From Phoronis australis (lineage: Eukaryota; Animalia; Phoronida): a stretch of DNA of 61,063 nt. The first letter of the stretch is position 1. Every line of letters starts with the position of its first letter. Where the stretch lies: NCBI GenBank assembly GCA_002633005.1, contig NMRA01000136.1, forward strand, positions 2,593-63,655, read 5' to 3'. The notes below the pieces were generated by a model that worked only from the letters and a program-made list of their open reading frames with translations, did no database searches and was not told the DNA's origin. This document shows, piece after piece, positions 13,396 to 25,113 of this stretch. Both the position numbers and the translations under genes were made by a program.

Positions 13396-13634
13396 GTAAG
13401 AACATGACAGGGCGCCGAAATCACACGCCCTGCTTTTTAAGTACAGTGGTCACAAATAGTTAAAGAAGAATGTCACCCGATTTAATAAGTCTTTTTAACC
13501 GTCTTAATCGGTTTATATCCATATCGCCTCGCCTACGGTCGACCTTACCTTGCCGAGAGGTGTCGCGTTAACCTGTGAGGAAGGTGAGAAACGACGCAGC
13601 GACGTCAGTGGTTCTTTGCACAGTGAATGCCGCT

Positions 13635-13810
13635 ATAGTGCGGTGCATCGTATCCGCTTGTCCGAACTATGCAGCTAAGAGGAAAGCGGATATATCGTTT
13701 TTTCGACTTCCTCCACAGTCCCAAATTCTTAGGAAGTGGCTCGCGGTAGTGAAGAATGAAAAGTACGATGTTAATAGCAGTATGAAACATCTCCGTGTCT
13801 GTGGCCGGCA
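13635..13810 (+). pseudogene. Truncated THAP domain (transposase N-terminus)
   Basis: CIVSACPN...SFFRLPP...LRKWLAVV...LRVCG, cut before the conserved HF. Confidence 0.8.
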
Positions 13811-14026
13811 GTCGTCGACAGTGAGCCTGACGAATGCCGGCTTACTACGCTCCGTTGTCTGTGCATGTTCACGCCTCTCTAGTGTTTCTTGATCACTGTA
13901 TTCCGGTTCGAACTGATAGCCTGTGATACCTGCGAAGTCTTCGTCGGATAAACTCTCGTCTAGAAGTCGGGATTTTATTGATGTTCTGCTTTCTGTTTCA
14001 AAATGAAGTATTCTCGCCCTAACCAA
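13808..14026 (-). pseudogene. N-terminal stub of a Kolobok second protein (P2RX7-C/His-Me-finger-like)
   Basis: Acidic N-terminus with GYQFEPEY, then RLTVDDC where a Cys-rich domain normally starts. Convergent with the THAP stub. Confidence 0.55.
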
Positions 14027-14726
14027 TGCTAATATAAAACTGAAACAAAGTCTGTCTGGTTAGATACAATTTGCAATGCCTTTGAGTGCAAATGTGTTGA
14101 GAAGCCAGCAGTGAAGCAGTGAATAAACCGCTGCATTACCGGCTTCAGATGCAATAAAGATAATTGACCGGGCACCGAGGCCGTGTGAGCGCATGCTAAT
14201 TCAGTGTTTGCTGACAGAAACCGTTGTGAAACAATAACTCGATTGTCTATCCCACTGCTAGGTGTTGGGGTAATCTTTATTTACTTATACATTATTCAAA
14301 TAATGATTGTCAATGTACAACTTCTGCCCTGACGGTTCTGTGGCCAAAGGTGAACCTGAATTTGCGGCCCCCGACGAGTAAGTAGATTTGAAGTTCCGTA
14401 GCTAATTCACTAACATAATCACGTGCACATTACTTCTTTAGCTCACTAGTATAGTATTTTGTTGACTGGAAGTTTAGTTTCCAACTTTGGCTGGTTTATG
14501 TTTGTGATGTCTTCAGTACGGCCGCGACGCGCCTGATCGGGTGCCGAGCCACTGGCCGGGATAACAACCATTTTGTGTGTTATGAAGTAATAAAATCACA
14601 AGTTTAAACAACAAAGATCTAGGCTCTCCTTTCGGTAGTTCACGGAAGAATACTTCGAATTTATCTCCGAACAGACTCCAAACTCCTGCTACTGACCTTC
14701 TTGGTAAATTGGCCTGCCGAACTTTG

Positions 14727-14972
14727 CATGCGCGCACCCTGGGGGGGCTCGGGGGGATCGAACGATTCCCCCAATTGGCGAAGTTGGCAAAAAGGTCCAC
14801 CCCCGAGATACAAAAAGTCCGAGAAAATGGGAAAAATTCCATTTAATAAGCGCAAAGTTGCAATTCACTGAGGTGCGCCCGTTTTTTTTTAGTCCGCCCG
14901 CTCTTTTGTTAGCGAATGGTCCAAAACGTCATCAATTCGAGCCCCTAATATCGAAGCCTGGGTGCGCGCATG
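14727..14972. mobile_element. MITE with 5-bp TSD (copy 1)
   Basis: TIRs CATGCGCGCACCC...GGGTGCGCGCATG; TSD CTTTG at 14722-14726 and 14973-14977. Confidence 0.85.
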
Positions 14973-16256
14973 CTTTGTAGACTACGGTGTGTCCAGATAC
15001 CAATAAATCCGTAGCAGCGAAATAAAACAACACGCTTTTATAAGAACTCGGTGTGTTTTTAAGGGTTTTACATCGAAGTTTGGTGATTTATTGGTGTTAA
15101 GCGATGAATTCAAGCGATAAGCTGACACCAGTAACCCGTGTTGTGAACTGCTGAAGAGACTTCGTGTGAAACCAATGATGTCCTTGGATAATATTAACAC
15201 CTCCATCTGCCGTCAGGTGTTAGGTAACGCAACCGAACGTGTCGTTATCGAGTAAAACTACGCGACCTAAATTGATACAAAATAGGTTGTTTTTTGGGTG
15301 GCATGCTCCTTTAACGGTTTTACGAGAAAATATACAATGTAGATTGCGGTATTCCAAAAATGCATGCGTTTCAAAAAAGGAGGTTTGTATAAAGCAATGG
15401 CGACCATTCGCGTATTGTCCCTCCCTCCGTCCCTCCCTCACTCTCTCCCCTCTACATCCTCTTGCTATCGTTTACTTCAAAGAATCGTAATGCAGTCTGG
15501 GCTTCAGGTACAGCAGAGCCACTGCCTCAATGCTGCCATTCGCCTTTCTATACATGTACGTAAGATTCCCGCAGAGGTCTCACTGAAGGCACCAGAGTAG
15601 AAACGGCTGTGTCCAAAATGAAGTTCACGACTTCAGTTACATGACTAATCTTCATCGATTTTTTCATGGATATCTATTCTTGATGGTTTTGGCAAAACGG
15701 AACATGGTGTTTCTTTTGTGCGACAATGGATTTGTACAAAATCTTATACACTTCCTAATTCGTGTACTGTTACCAGTGACAGTGTTGAGATTCTTAATTT
15801 GACTACGAAAAACGGAGATAACAATTTCAACAATGAAGGCTTCGACTGTTTTGTTTTAGAAGGGGGTTTGATAATTAATATGTCCGTTGCTATTTACGTG
15901 GCAAAAAGGAAGTTGTCTGCAATCCATTCGTTCTACTATCTTTATTAACGTGTCGCTTTCCACAAATGACTGTCACGGGATAACAAATGATTCTTTGAGG
16001 TTTGAAGACGTGGATTTACGTTTTTCACTCGTCGAGGATGCAATGGACATAGCAAAGGTTAAAAAGCAGATCGCTTGCATTGCCCGATTTCATTGTTATA
16101 CTTCGACGCCATTTGGGAAGATTTCGTTAATTACGTTGAAAATTTGAATCAGGTAAGATGCAAAGCTACAACTACATACAGATGTATACACATATGAAAT
16201 CTCGGTATGTTGCACTGAGAAAAACATTCGACTAACTTGACACCCTGCGTTTACAG

Positions 16257-17022
16257 GTATTTCTACGCGCCCCACACAAGTGTGAACGTCGGCCGTAATA
16301 TGCTACACAACTACACAGCAAAGATCTTGGCCAATACTGGGGCAGTTTATTACATTTTTATTGACGAGGACGCGCATATACAGAGAACTCGCACTGATCT
16401 TCTTGATCCGAACGTTCGAGCTAAAGTAGATTCAACGCTTCCAATACTGAGACAGTTTGAAAATTTTCTTCTCGAAGTTAAACCGGCTGTTAGCACCTGC
16501 ATCTATTCTACGTCCACTAATGCCCACGTGTTCAAAGAGGACTTCTTCTCCACGTGCTGCAGAATGAGGAATGGGAGTACGATGCTATTCCCGGAGTTTT
16601 TTCCCATGATAAGCTATGATTTGTGCATGTTTGCTCACCATGTGAACGCATCTCCTCATTTATTCCCAATACCGGTGAAATATGAATCGAAGTCATGGTG
16701 GATGGGTGATGTCATCATGCCATTCAGGACTTACGTTAAGTATCGGGGACAAGCCGTTGTATATTCACCAATGCATATCTTGAACAGCGGACACAGTGAC
16801 TACCCTAAAGTAGGCGGAGGTGTTGTTGGGTATGACGTCATAATGAAGGAGGAAAGGGATTTGGCGCCAGTTTCTCTTCGCGCTGATCGAGTATGGAAGG
16901 ATCCTTTGTTCATAAGAAGGCGACAGCCTCCTTACTACTCAATGATCAATCCACAATTTAAATATGTTCCTTATAGTAAAAATCCCGCTATGTTGCCATA
17001 CTACGGACTACTTAAACAGTAG
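16257..17022 (+). CDS. Terminal coding exon of the DxD-motif type II membrane protein
   Basis: Branch point ACTAAC at 16231 and acceptor ttacAG|. An intact frame of ~255 codons in a region where other frames are decayed. Motifs GRNML and YYIFIDED. Stop TAG at 17020-17022. Confidence 0.88.
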
Positions 17023-17354
17023 TTACTTTAAAAATGTATGTTGCATGATTTGTTTATAGACTATTTTCGGCAGAAATGTGACTCAAATTACACGAGTTTT
17101 AGATAGAATCTGTTAGTTACTCTGTATGGAACAGTGCCTGGTTGCATGAAACAGTCGCAAATCGGGACTTGATTAACTTCCCTAAATCTACTCTGTATTT
17201 GTGGGCTTCTGAAAACACTGCTTATCCTTTTTATGCTGTTTGAGTATCATTATTTAGTCTTGTATTGACTTTGACACAAATCGATAGTGAGCTCAACGTT
17301 GAATTCGCAATATTGTTAAAAATAAGAGGGATCTTTTCAGGCAAAGCCCCTAAT

Positions 17355-17470
17355 TTAAAAGGACACCAAACCCGATTTTGCCATATTGACAGGTACTAAA
17401 AGTTGGCTATTCCATCCAGTTCTCTAAAACAAAATAATGCTCTGTAACCCTCGATGACCCTTAAAGGTTT
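17355..17470 (+). mobile_element. Dispersed TTAA-terminated (Kolobok-like) element end; other copies at ~23878 and ~41579
   Basis: Three copies begin TTAAAAGGAYACCAAAC.CG...TACTAAAA; two continue CATCCAGTTCTCTRAAACAAAATAA. Confidence 0.6.
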
Positions 17471-17984
17471 GAAAACTAATTTCAAATGCTTTAAGAAAAA
17501 TAAACAACACCAAGGACCATAATGACCAATTTGTGTCATAGTTGTCACGTTGGAGCAGACTTTTTCATTGAGCTTAATCGGGATGATAATTTCATACGCT
17601 TAGCGTTGTCTCAAGCACTAACTAGCTCTCAGTCCTTTCTAATCCCTTCTTATCTGACTGGAAACATTTGGGACCAGTTTTGAATCGGAAATTGTTTTTG
17701 TGTCAAAAGACGACACGAATTTAATAGATTTAATTTTGGAGTCGTCAAGTGCGACTTAGTATTAGACGTTCATCCTCGTCAAATGTTACGCTTCTTTTCT
17801 ACAAGGCGATATTCAAACTTCTCGTTAAAGACACCGTATTCTTTGGGTTGGTTTATATAAAATGAAAAATAATTGTGGGAGGACCGGTACACGTTGTATC
17901 AGACCTGTGCAGACCGCTCATGTTGGCCCATTGCACTGATTACCTGGAACCATTTTAAGTTAAAACGGGCTCAAGGATTAAACA

Positions 17985-18062
17985 ATGTGGCCTAGTGAGA
18001 CTCGAACCCACGACGGCTATCTATCCCACTAGTCCACACTGCCTCCTCAATTGGCTTAAGTT
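17985..18062 (-). mobile_element. tRNA-derived SINE head (degenerate)
   Basis: B-box GGTTCGAGTCTC with an A-box-like TAAGCCAATTGAG upstream; no intact cloverleaf. Confidence 0.35.
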
Positions 18063-18229
18063 GAGAAGGTGCATAGTGCAGATTATAAACAAACATGTAC
18101 ACTGTCTAATTTCTGGGAATGGTCCGAGCCGCAAATCCTATGATGGAAGGCAGCGAGGGAGCACTCATGGTGTCTAGGTTGGATGGAAAGAAGCTATAAA
18201 TTTTGACAACTATATGTAATAGGGAGTGA

Positions 18230-19232
18230 GAAGAGCGAGTAGGAGGTAAAGACGGTTAAGTAGTCAGCAGCGTAGATTGCAACCTCACCGTCAACAATTT
18301 TGTAGAGTAAAAACAAGTTACATGGGCTTTGTAGATATCTATTAGTTACCTATCTGGCTGCTCTGCGCTGGACCACGTCATCTTTTGACATTTCGTCGAG
18401 TGTATGGGTCCCAGTCGCTAGAGCCGTACTCTAAGATGGGCCTACAAAAGACTTGTACGCATTTTGTCACTAGTGAATCGCTCACATGTAAGTTCCTACG
18501 TAGAAAGCTCAATTTCTTGTTGGCTTTTGTCGTGATGGTATCTGCATGTGACTTCCAGGATAAATGAGGTGTGTAAGTAAGTCCAAAGTACTTGGCGGAG
18601 TCAACGATCTCGAAAGTTTGACCGTGAAGTTGATAATGGGAATGGACAGGTTTTTTACTCATGTAAACACGTAGTACCTGGCACACATCAGGATAGATTT
18701 CCATCAGCCATCTGGTCTCCCAGTCGACACGCCTGTCATGGTCTTGTTGGAGTTTCGCTGAATCAGATTCGCTTTAATTGTCAGATATGTTATAGTGTCA
18801 TCTACAAGGGGAGTTTTAGATGTCAGGTTTTCAGCAATGTCATTGATAGAAAACAGAAACGAACAAGGACTCCAAATGACACACTAATGGTGTTAAATTT
18901 ATCTCCATCGAGGACCACTATCTGTGAGCGGCCTAATAAGAAAAAGTCTTATCAACACGCGTTTTTTGCCTCTGAAACCGTAAGTCAATGGCTTGGACAA
19001 TAGTCTGATGGTTTACTTTGCCAAAAACTTTCAGCAATTCCATGATTAGTACGTCTGTTTGCGTACTTGGTGACAAAGTGTTTACGAGATCATGTGTAAA
19101 TTGTACGTACAAGTTGGGTATCGCATGATGTCATGTTGGAGGTAATACATGATGTTGTCAGATGACGCATGGTCCATGATGTTGCTGACTAATATGTGCT
19201 CCATTAGCTTACTAGGTATCGATGTTAAATTA
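18230..19232 (-). mobile_element. Non-LTR retrotransposon RT fragment (CR1/L2-group-like), decayed
   Basis: LTSIPSKLMEHIL, AKYFGLT, LSWKSH, KANKKLSFLRRNL, RPILEY...WDPY. Confidence 0.85.
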
Positions 19233-19477
19233 ATATTGCAAGAATTTCTAGACAAATCGTCAGATTAACAACTTGAAAAACAAAATACAAACTATTTCTT
19301 CCCAATACAGTTTTCATATTTCATATTACATATTCGCGCTGGCGCTCAAAAATACCAACAAACATTTACCAAGTGCATAATCGCCATCATTTCGAGGTCA
19401 AAGGTCACACTTTCCATAAAATGGAAATTAATAAAATGTAGCCCTTGAATCAAGCAGGAATCTTCAAGATATTAACT

Positions 19478-20450
19478 ACTCTACTGGATTACCCTTTTGA
19501 TTTCCTGGATATTCGGGGACCTCTCGTCTCCTTCGATGTAATGTTGACTGTGATGAGTAGCGGGAACTTTCAGCCTCCCCTGTAACAAGAGCATTGGAGT
19601 AGTACGCACCTAATTTCATAGGGCTGAGTGTATCGTTTGTGACCCTGTCGAGCAAGAAGAAGAGGAATTCGCATAGTAGTCGGGCTCTTTCCAAGTGGTC
19701 CATCTTTAGGGCAAGCAGGAGACAGGACATTACCTTACCGGTGAGAGCAAAATGTGTGAGCGTCCTAAAACTTAGATTTTTTCCCGTACGTGGAAGGGGT
19801 GTCTGAAAATATACAACGGATCTGCAGTCAAATCAATATCAGAGTGGCACATAAACCAGTTAAAGCACTGTGACAACTCTTGGTGCATCCTAAAAACTAG
19901 CAGGAAAATGATCGTATTACTAGGGTCGTTTATGGTATTCACTCTAAGGGAGAGCAAAGGGATCAGTTTCATATGGGCGAGACTGAGCAACCACACAAGA
20001 AACGCTTGTATCAACATAGGCGGGCTGCGAGGAAAGGAATTTTATCAGCTGTGTATAATCAGCTGTATTACCACACTTTGTAATGAAAACGTCAAGATCT
20101 CGTGCAAAGAAAAGAACCAGTTTGGGAGAGGTGTTTGAGAGGCTATTCACATCAACACTTTCTCTCAACAAACTAGGTGGCACCAGGTTAAAATTGTTCT
20201 CGTCCTGGAACGAGAGTATAGAAGCAGTTTTGAAATCCTACCTGACCAGAATTCCTTCAAAGTCAACATCCCATCGAAGGAGACGAGGGGTCTCCGAAGA
20301 TGTAGGAAATCAAAAATGTAATGCAGCAGACCAGTCTTAACGGTTCATATCTGATGAGGGAAATGTGCTAACTCTGTGTCTCGCCATACCAACTAACGAG
20401 ACGTAGTGGTTTGCCTTTTGGGAGGAAAGTCGAATAAGTGAGGAGCAGTT
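19478..20450 (+). mobile_element. Penelope-like element, 5'-truncated, with an inverted terminal piece
   Basis: RT C-terminus (GVVRT*FHRAECIVCD, FPKW), linker PYVEGVSE...LVHPK, GIY-YIG (VVYGI, MGETEQP, RLYQHRR, RGV*EAIHI, SLNKLGG). 19478-19553 is an inverted copy of 20257-20332. Confidence 0.85.
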
Positions 20451-21393
20451 GACTGGTTGTTTTTTTTTTTGAAATGTAAAAATTAAAGGAAAAATGGTAT
20501 GTTTTTTCATAGGAAATTGATGATTTTAAGAATCTTAAAACGTTAGAAACAATTAACCTCGTCAGTCAAGGCAACATTCCTAGTGCCAAAAAATATGATT
20601 TTGAAAACGGAGCCGTACCAGCCAGGATAAATCCTCCTGTGTTCCCGCAAACAAATGATCGGACAAAAACAGCGTTTAGTACTGCTTACAAGGGATTTTG
20701 ACAGTCCCTATACTAAAAGAAAGTGGTTATCGTACTCCTTAACCACCGATTCTCCGTGCTCTCTACGCTTCCCCCCTTTTTGTTGTAGGGGACAACTAGT
20801 CTAGACTACAATGAAATCGATTTTGAAAAGACAGAAATATCGTTTTCGAATCTGAATTTGGTGATTGAATCCGGCCCTGGTCCTCAGAACATCCATGTGT
20901 GCCCGCAGCGCGTACACAAATAGGAGAGCGTTCCTGTTCGGGAGGTTTCCTAGGTTGTAAAACTATGACGTGAAATTGTACGGAATGGGGCGATTTAGTG
21001 AGGAGGGTATGGGGGCCCCATATTCTCACCTGCACCCAACCCCCCATACTACGTACACCGGCACTGGTTACAAAACAGATCAGTAACGATGAGAAGGTAT
21101 CCTGGGATACTGCTACAAAACAATCGAGAAGCTTTCATTATACAAGCGTGAATATTTCTACAAAAATACAAGTTACTTACCGGAAACAGAATATTCTCTC
21201 CGCATCGCATTGTATATCTAAAAAGACATATAGAGACAACTGTACGAGTCAAGGTCTCAAGCTGTCTGTGAAGCATCTTGTGCATCAATACATAGCACAG
21301 CATACTTAGCAAATAGACAATACCACCGTCTCAGCTTGCCACAGTGCAGACGATGGACATCTCATAGGCTCTCCATACACCGAAAACGTTTCT

Positions 21394-21935
21394 ACGAATT
21401 ATGCCTCAAACTGATTAAACCTTCTTCTTCTTCTTCTTCTTCTTCTTCTTCTTCTTCAGTGTTCCCGGCCATGCAGCTTGGATAGTCAGTCGGGTCTTCT
21501 GGGTGAAGCCTGCTGTTCGCCTCAATGACGCCGTCGGGCCCCAGTTTTACCTTGAGTTCCACAGGACTAGGCCATGTCTGGCGCCTTAGGGTATCGAACG
21601 TAGGGCAGCTCTGCAGTAAATGCTCAGGTTTCTGGGGGCCGGTGCAACAGGAGCACTCCTCTGTGTGAGAGATTTTCAGGCGATGCATGTGAGAGAGCAG
21701 CTAGCAGTGGCCGGTTCTTAGCCTGAAGATAGTGACTTGTTCTTTCCGGCCAAGCTGGTGGATATAGTCTTCTTCAGTACCTAGACGTAGGTGTTCCCTC
21801 GAGGCATTTCTAAAGTGACTACTGATTAAACCAAAATTCATGTTGCTGTAAGTACCTTTTGCGCTTAGAGGGCCACCTTAGCACGCCAACTCGAACAAAT
21901 ATTACAGTAACCAAAGTTTTTTTCGAACAGTACAT
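21394..21935 (+). repeat. Dispersed repeat (second copy at 24028-24200), interrupted by a LINE
   Basis: ACGAATTATGCCTCA.ACTGA.TAAA...CTTTTGCGC.TAGAGGG.CAC is shared with 24028 onward. Confidence 0.7.
21422..21820 (-). mobile_element. 5'-truncated LINE 3' end with (GAA)n tail
   Basis: TSD ACTGATTAAACC at 21410-21421 and 21821-21832. C-terminal zinc finger IFRLRTGH...CSCCTGPQKPEHLLQSCP. (GAA)12 tail. Confidence 0.9.
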
Positions 21936-23526
21936 CACATGACGTCATTTCCTCTGTGGCGAGCAGAGTAAAAATGGCCACTTGCCCATTTAGGCAACTG
22001 AACGAAGGACTGTTCGAAAAAGTTTTGCTTGTGGGAGTATTTGTTCAAGTTGGGAAGAGTTAAAGGCATCAACGGCCTCTTAACGGACCTCTGGCAACAT
22101 GACCTGGACGGTTTAATCTGTTTGAGGCACAATTTGCCGACAAACTTCCGGGATATGGAGGACCTCTACTGTGGCCAGTTGAGACGGAGGTTCTTTCTAA
22201 GTAACCTAGCAAACTGCAGACATCGGTACGCATAACATGCCTAAACACCGTGATGCAAAATGGCGGGAGGCTGAAGTGATTAGTCGGTGAAGTGGCGATG
22301 TTGGATTATGTGATAGAGTTTACTGTTTACGTTTCTTAAGCGAATATTTCTCGCTGCGAGTGCTTCCTGTTGAGCGTATACAAAGCGCATTCTTGGTGTA
22401 CTACTCCTCAGTACCGTTCCCGCGTGTGTCGTTCAGGGCCTACCAAATGTGAGCCAGTTCTTCGCTGCCTTACGTTTTCAAAGACAACTATACATGTAAT
22501 TATAGTGATCATGCTCTACTCTATTCGGATGGAACGAATCAAAGCTGCATTTCGCTCTGTTTTGGTGGCTAAAGAACAGATATCTTCAAATCTAGTAAGC
22601 CCTTACTCTCGATAAACATAACATTTCTCACCGTGATAGCGGTATTCTATTTCCGGCGTTACCAACAACAATTGAGAAAATCGAAACCACCAGCCACTTG
22701 AAAAACGACCAGAGTCTATTGGGATAGTGCTCCTTATAGGCGGTGGGTCAGAAATTGTAGGGCTTCTAGAAAATGTTTTTTGTGAGTATTTTAAGGGGGC
22801 AATTTTATTTTGGTGTTTTTTAATTCATTTACTAGAGTGTTTTCAAAATCTAAAAAGTTTCCACAAAAAAACCTTGCACATTTTTGAGAAATTTGAGTTT
22901 AAAGTTGCATAATAACCACCATAGAGCTTAGAGAACTTATATTTGTAAAAACAATAGTTGTTGCTATATTTTTTATAAAACAAGTAACATGATCTCATCG
23001 ACGACATTGTATTGAACAATAAGACACTCACAATACATGTTTTACTATTGTAAACTAATAGTAAACAATGAAATTTAAAAAATGTAAAGGGACATCTAGT
23101 GGCAAAAAGGCAAACTAAGACTGAATGTTGCTAGGAGGTTTAGTATTTTGGCATTGTCTGGCAACAAAAGTAACACAAAACACTTGAGACTGGGCAAAAT
23201 TTGTGCCACAATGACTGAACCATTGACTAACAGTGTAAAATACAGCTTGTTTGAATACTACACCAGAAATGTTATAGTACAAAAACAATATAGTTGAATG
23301 ATCTCTGTACACAGACTGTATGAAAATAATAGATTACTCTGACAGCGTTTAGCAAGCAGTATGAGACAAATACATGAAAATGATCAAATCATGTTCTTTC
23401 TATGACTTATTCAACAAATAAAATTCACTTTTTAGTAGATAAAAACGAAATAACGGGATTGGAGGTCTATTTATGGTTGACTTGTCAAAGAACTATCCGA
23501 TGTTATGCAGTCAGTATTGTTGATGT

Positions 23527-23810
23527 TACTATCTGTAGTTGTCACAGCTGCACATTTCTCTACAGTTTGACCCAGCATTGCGGCACAAACCCAGTTTCCC
23601 AGGACAAATGTTCTTTTTGCACTTGCAGCGTTCATCATTTAGTATTGTCAATGGAGCTGCAGGCATTGCACACATTTTAACTGCAAAGTTCAACCTCCAA
23701 GGAGCCAACTATGGTTGATTAGAGAGGGACGGATATTAACGACAAATATCTTGTGTGATAGCACTCATGGAGGTTGACAGCACCGTATGAGGCAAGCTAG
23801 TGAAGCAAGT
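23527..23810 (-). pseudogene. Academ transposase C-terminal Cys-rich (CXC/Cys8) fragment
   Basis: NHSW...PAAPLTILNDERCKCKKNICPGKLGLCRNAGSNCREMCSC matches the C-terminal Cys cluster of Academ proteins. Confidence 0.6.
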
Positions 23811-24738
23811 AATTCTCCAAAAATAATTCGTGCGTTTTATAATATATTTTTATACTACGATACCTTTATATCTAATTTTAAAAGGATACCAAACCCGGTT
23901 TGTGTTGTATTACTAGATACTAAAAATCACTATTCTGTCGTCAGATAGATTGTGGGCACAATATCTAGCTGGCCCCTCTAGAGACGGTGAAGCCGCTCTA
24001 GGTGCTTATTACGAAGGAAGCTTTTTGACGAATTATGCCTCACACTGACTAAAACAAAAAAGTCACGTTGTTACAAAATATCTTTTGCGCGTAGAGGGAC
24101 ACTTTAGGAGACCGTCAATGATTTTAATTCCTTCTAACTCCAACAAATACTCCGTTTATCGAACTTTTTCTTCGAGCAGTCCCTCGTTCAGCTCCCGAAA
24201 TCGATAACTCGCAATTTTTACATTGCGAACGCCAGCCGCCGCACGCCACATGCCGCGTAAATAATTGATACCGACTGGTTGCACCGGCAAATTTTCGTCT
24301 GACGATGACGACGACTGGGTGTCACTTTGTGTTGCCTCGACTCAAACAGGTATCATTGGTGACCCGAAATTTCACACTAGAATTCCTTAGCAGCGCTCCA
24401 AGCGGGTGAGTTTTTGAGTTTCGTTTGAGAATATTAGATTACATGTGATAAGAAAATGAAACACTGCACGAAACTTTGTCAACTGGCAACACCTTTAAAA
24501 ATTGGGAAAGGTACAGATGACTTTTTATTGAGCAAAAGGCGTAACAGACGAACGTACAACACCTTGTACGTGCATTAAAGGTGAAAGATGGAATTTTGCA
24601 GTAATAAAGATGCGAAAATACGACAGATGACCTTGCACACCCATTTCCTGGAAGAAAATAGGTTAAGATGAGCTTTAAAAGTTGCCATTAAAAGTGGTTC
24701 AGATTACAAAAAAGTAACTTGAGAATCTCTGCCAGAAA

Positions 24739-25113
24739 TGGAGTATTCACATACTACGTCATCCAAAATTTGCAACTCTTTACCCACCGCCCCCCTCTGT
24801 AATCACTCGTCATCATGATATAATCCCTCCCTCCAGCCTTTAAGTACGTCATCACTGTCAACCCCCTTTTTGTGGAAGAACCGACAGTTCGTTGGAGATT
24901 CCGTCTGAATGATTCTAATGTCATTTATTGTTGAAATAATGTCTTTCTACAGTCGTATGTATAATTTACCACGGTTGTATTCAGCAATGAAAATAGTACA
25001 GTGTTTCAACTTTCAAATCGTACTGTGAAGGAGTCATATTCTAATAAACCGAATGACGTCATAAATAAGTCGTTATCTCCCCCCGAGTGATGACCTGATA
25101 TTTGAACGCTCCC
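24739..25113. mobile_element. MITE, Zator/Harbinger-like termini
   Basis: Imperfect TIRs GGAGTATTCACATACTACGTCATC / GATGACCTGATATTTGAACGCTCC with internal ACGTCAT motifs and C-runs. Confidence 0.5.

Larger units (their letters stand above)
13464..15310 (+). mobile_element. Kolobok-type DNA transposon, internally deleted, intronic
   Basis: TTAA on both flanks (13460-13463, 15311-15314). Short TIRs AGAAGAATGTCACCC / AGGAGCATGCCACCC. Contains a THAP stub and a convergent second-ORF stub. A weaker alternative right end lies at 14437. Confidence 0.65.

Noticed and set aside
17985-18062. Functional tRNA gene
   Set aside because: Only the B-box is good and no cloverleaf forms; treated as a SINE-like remnant.
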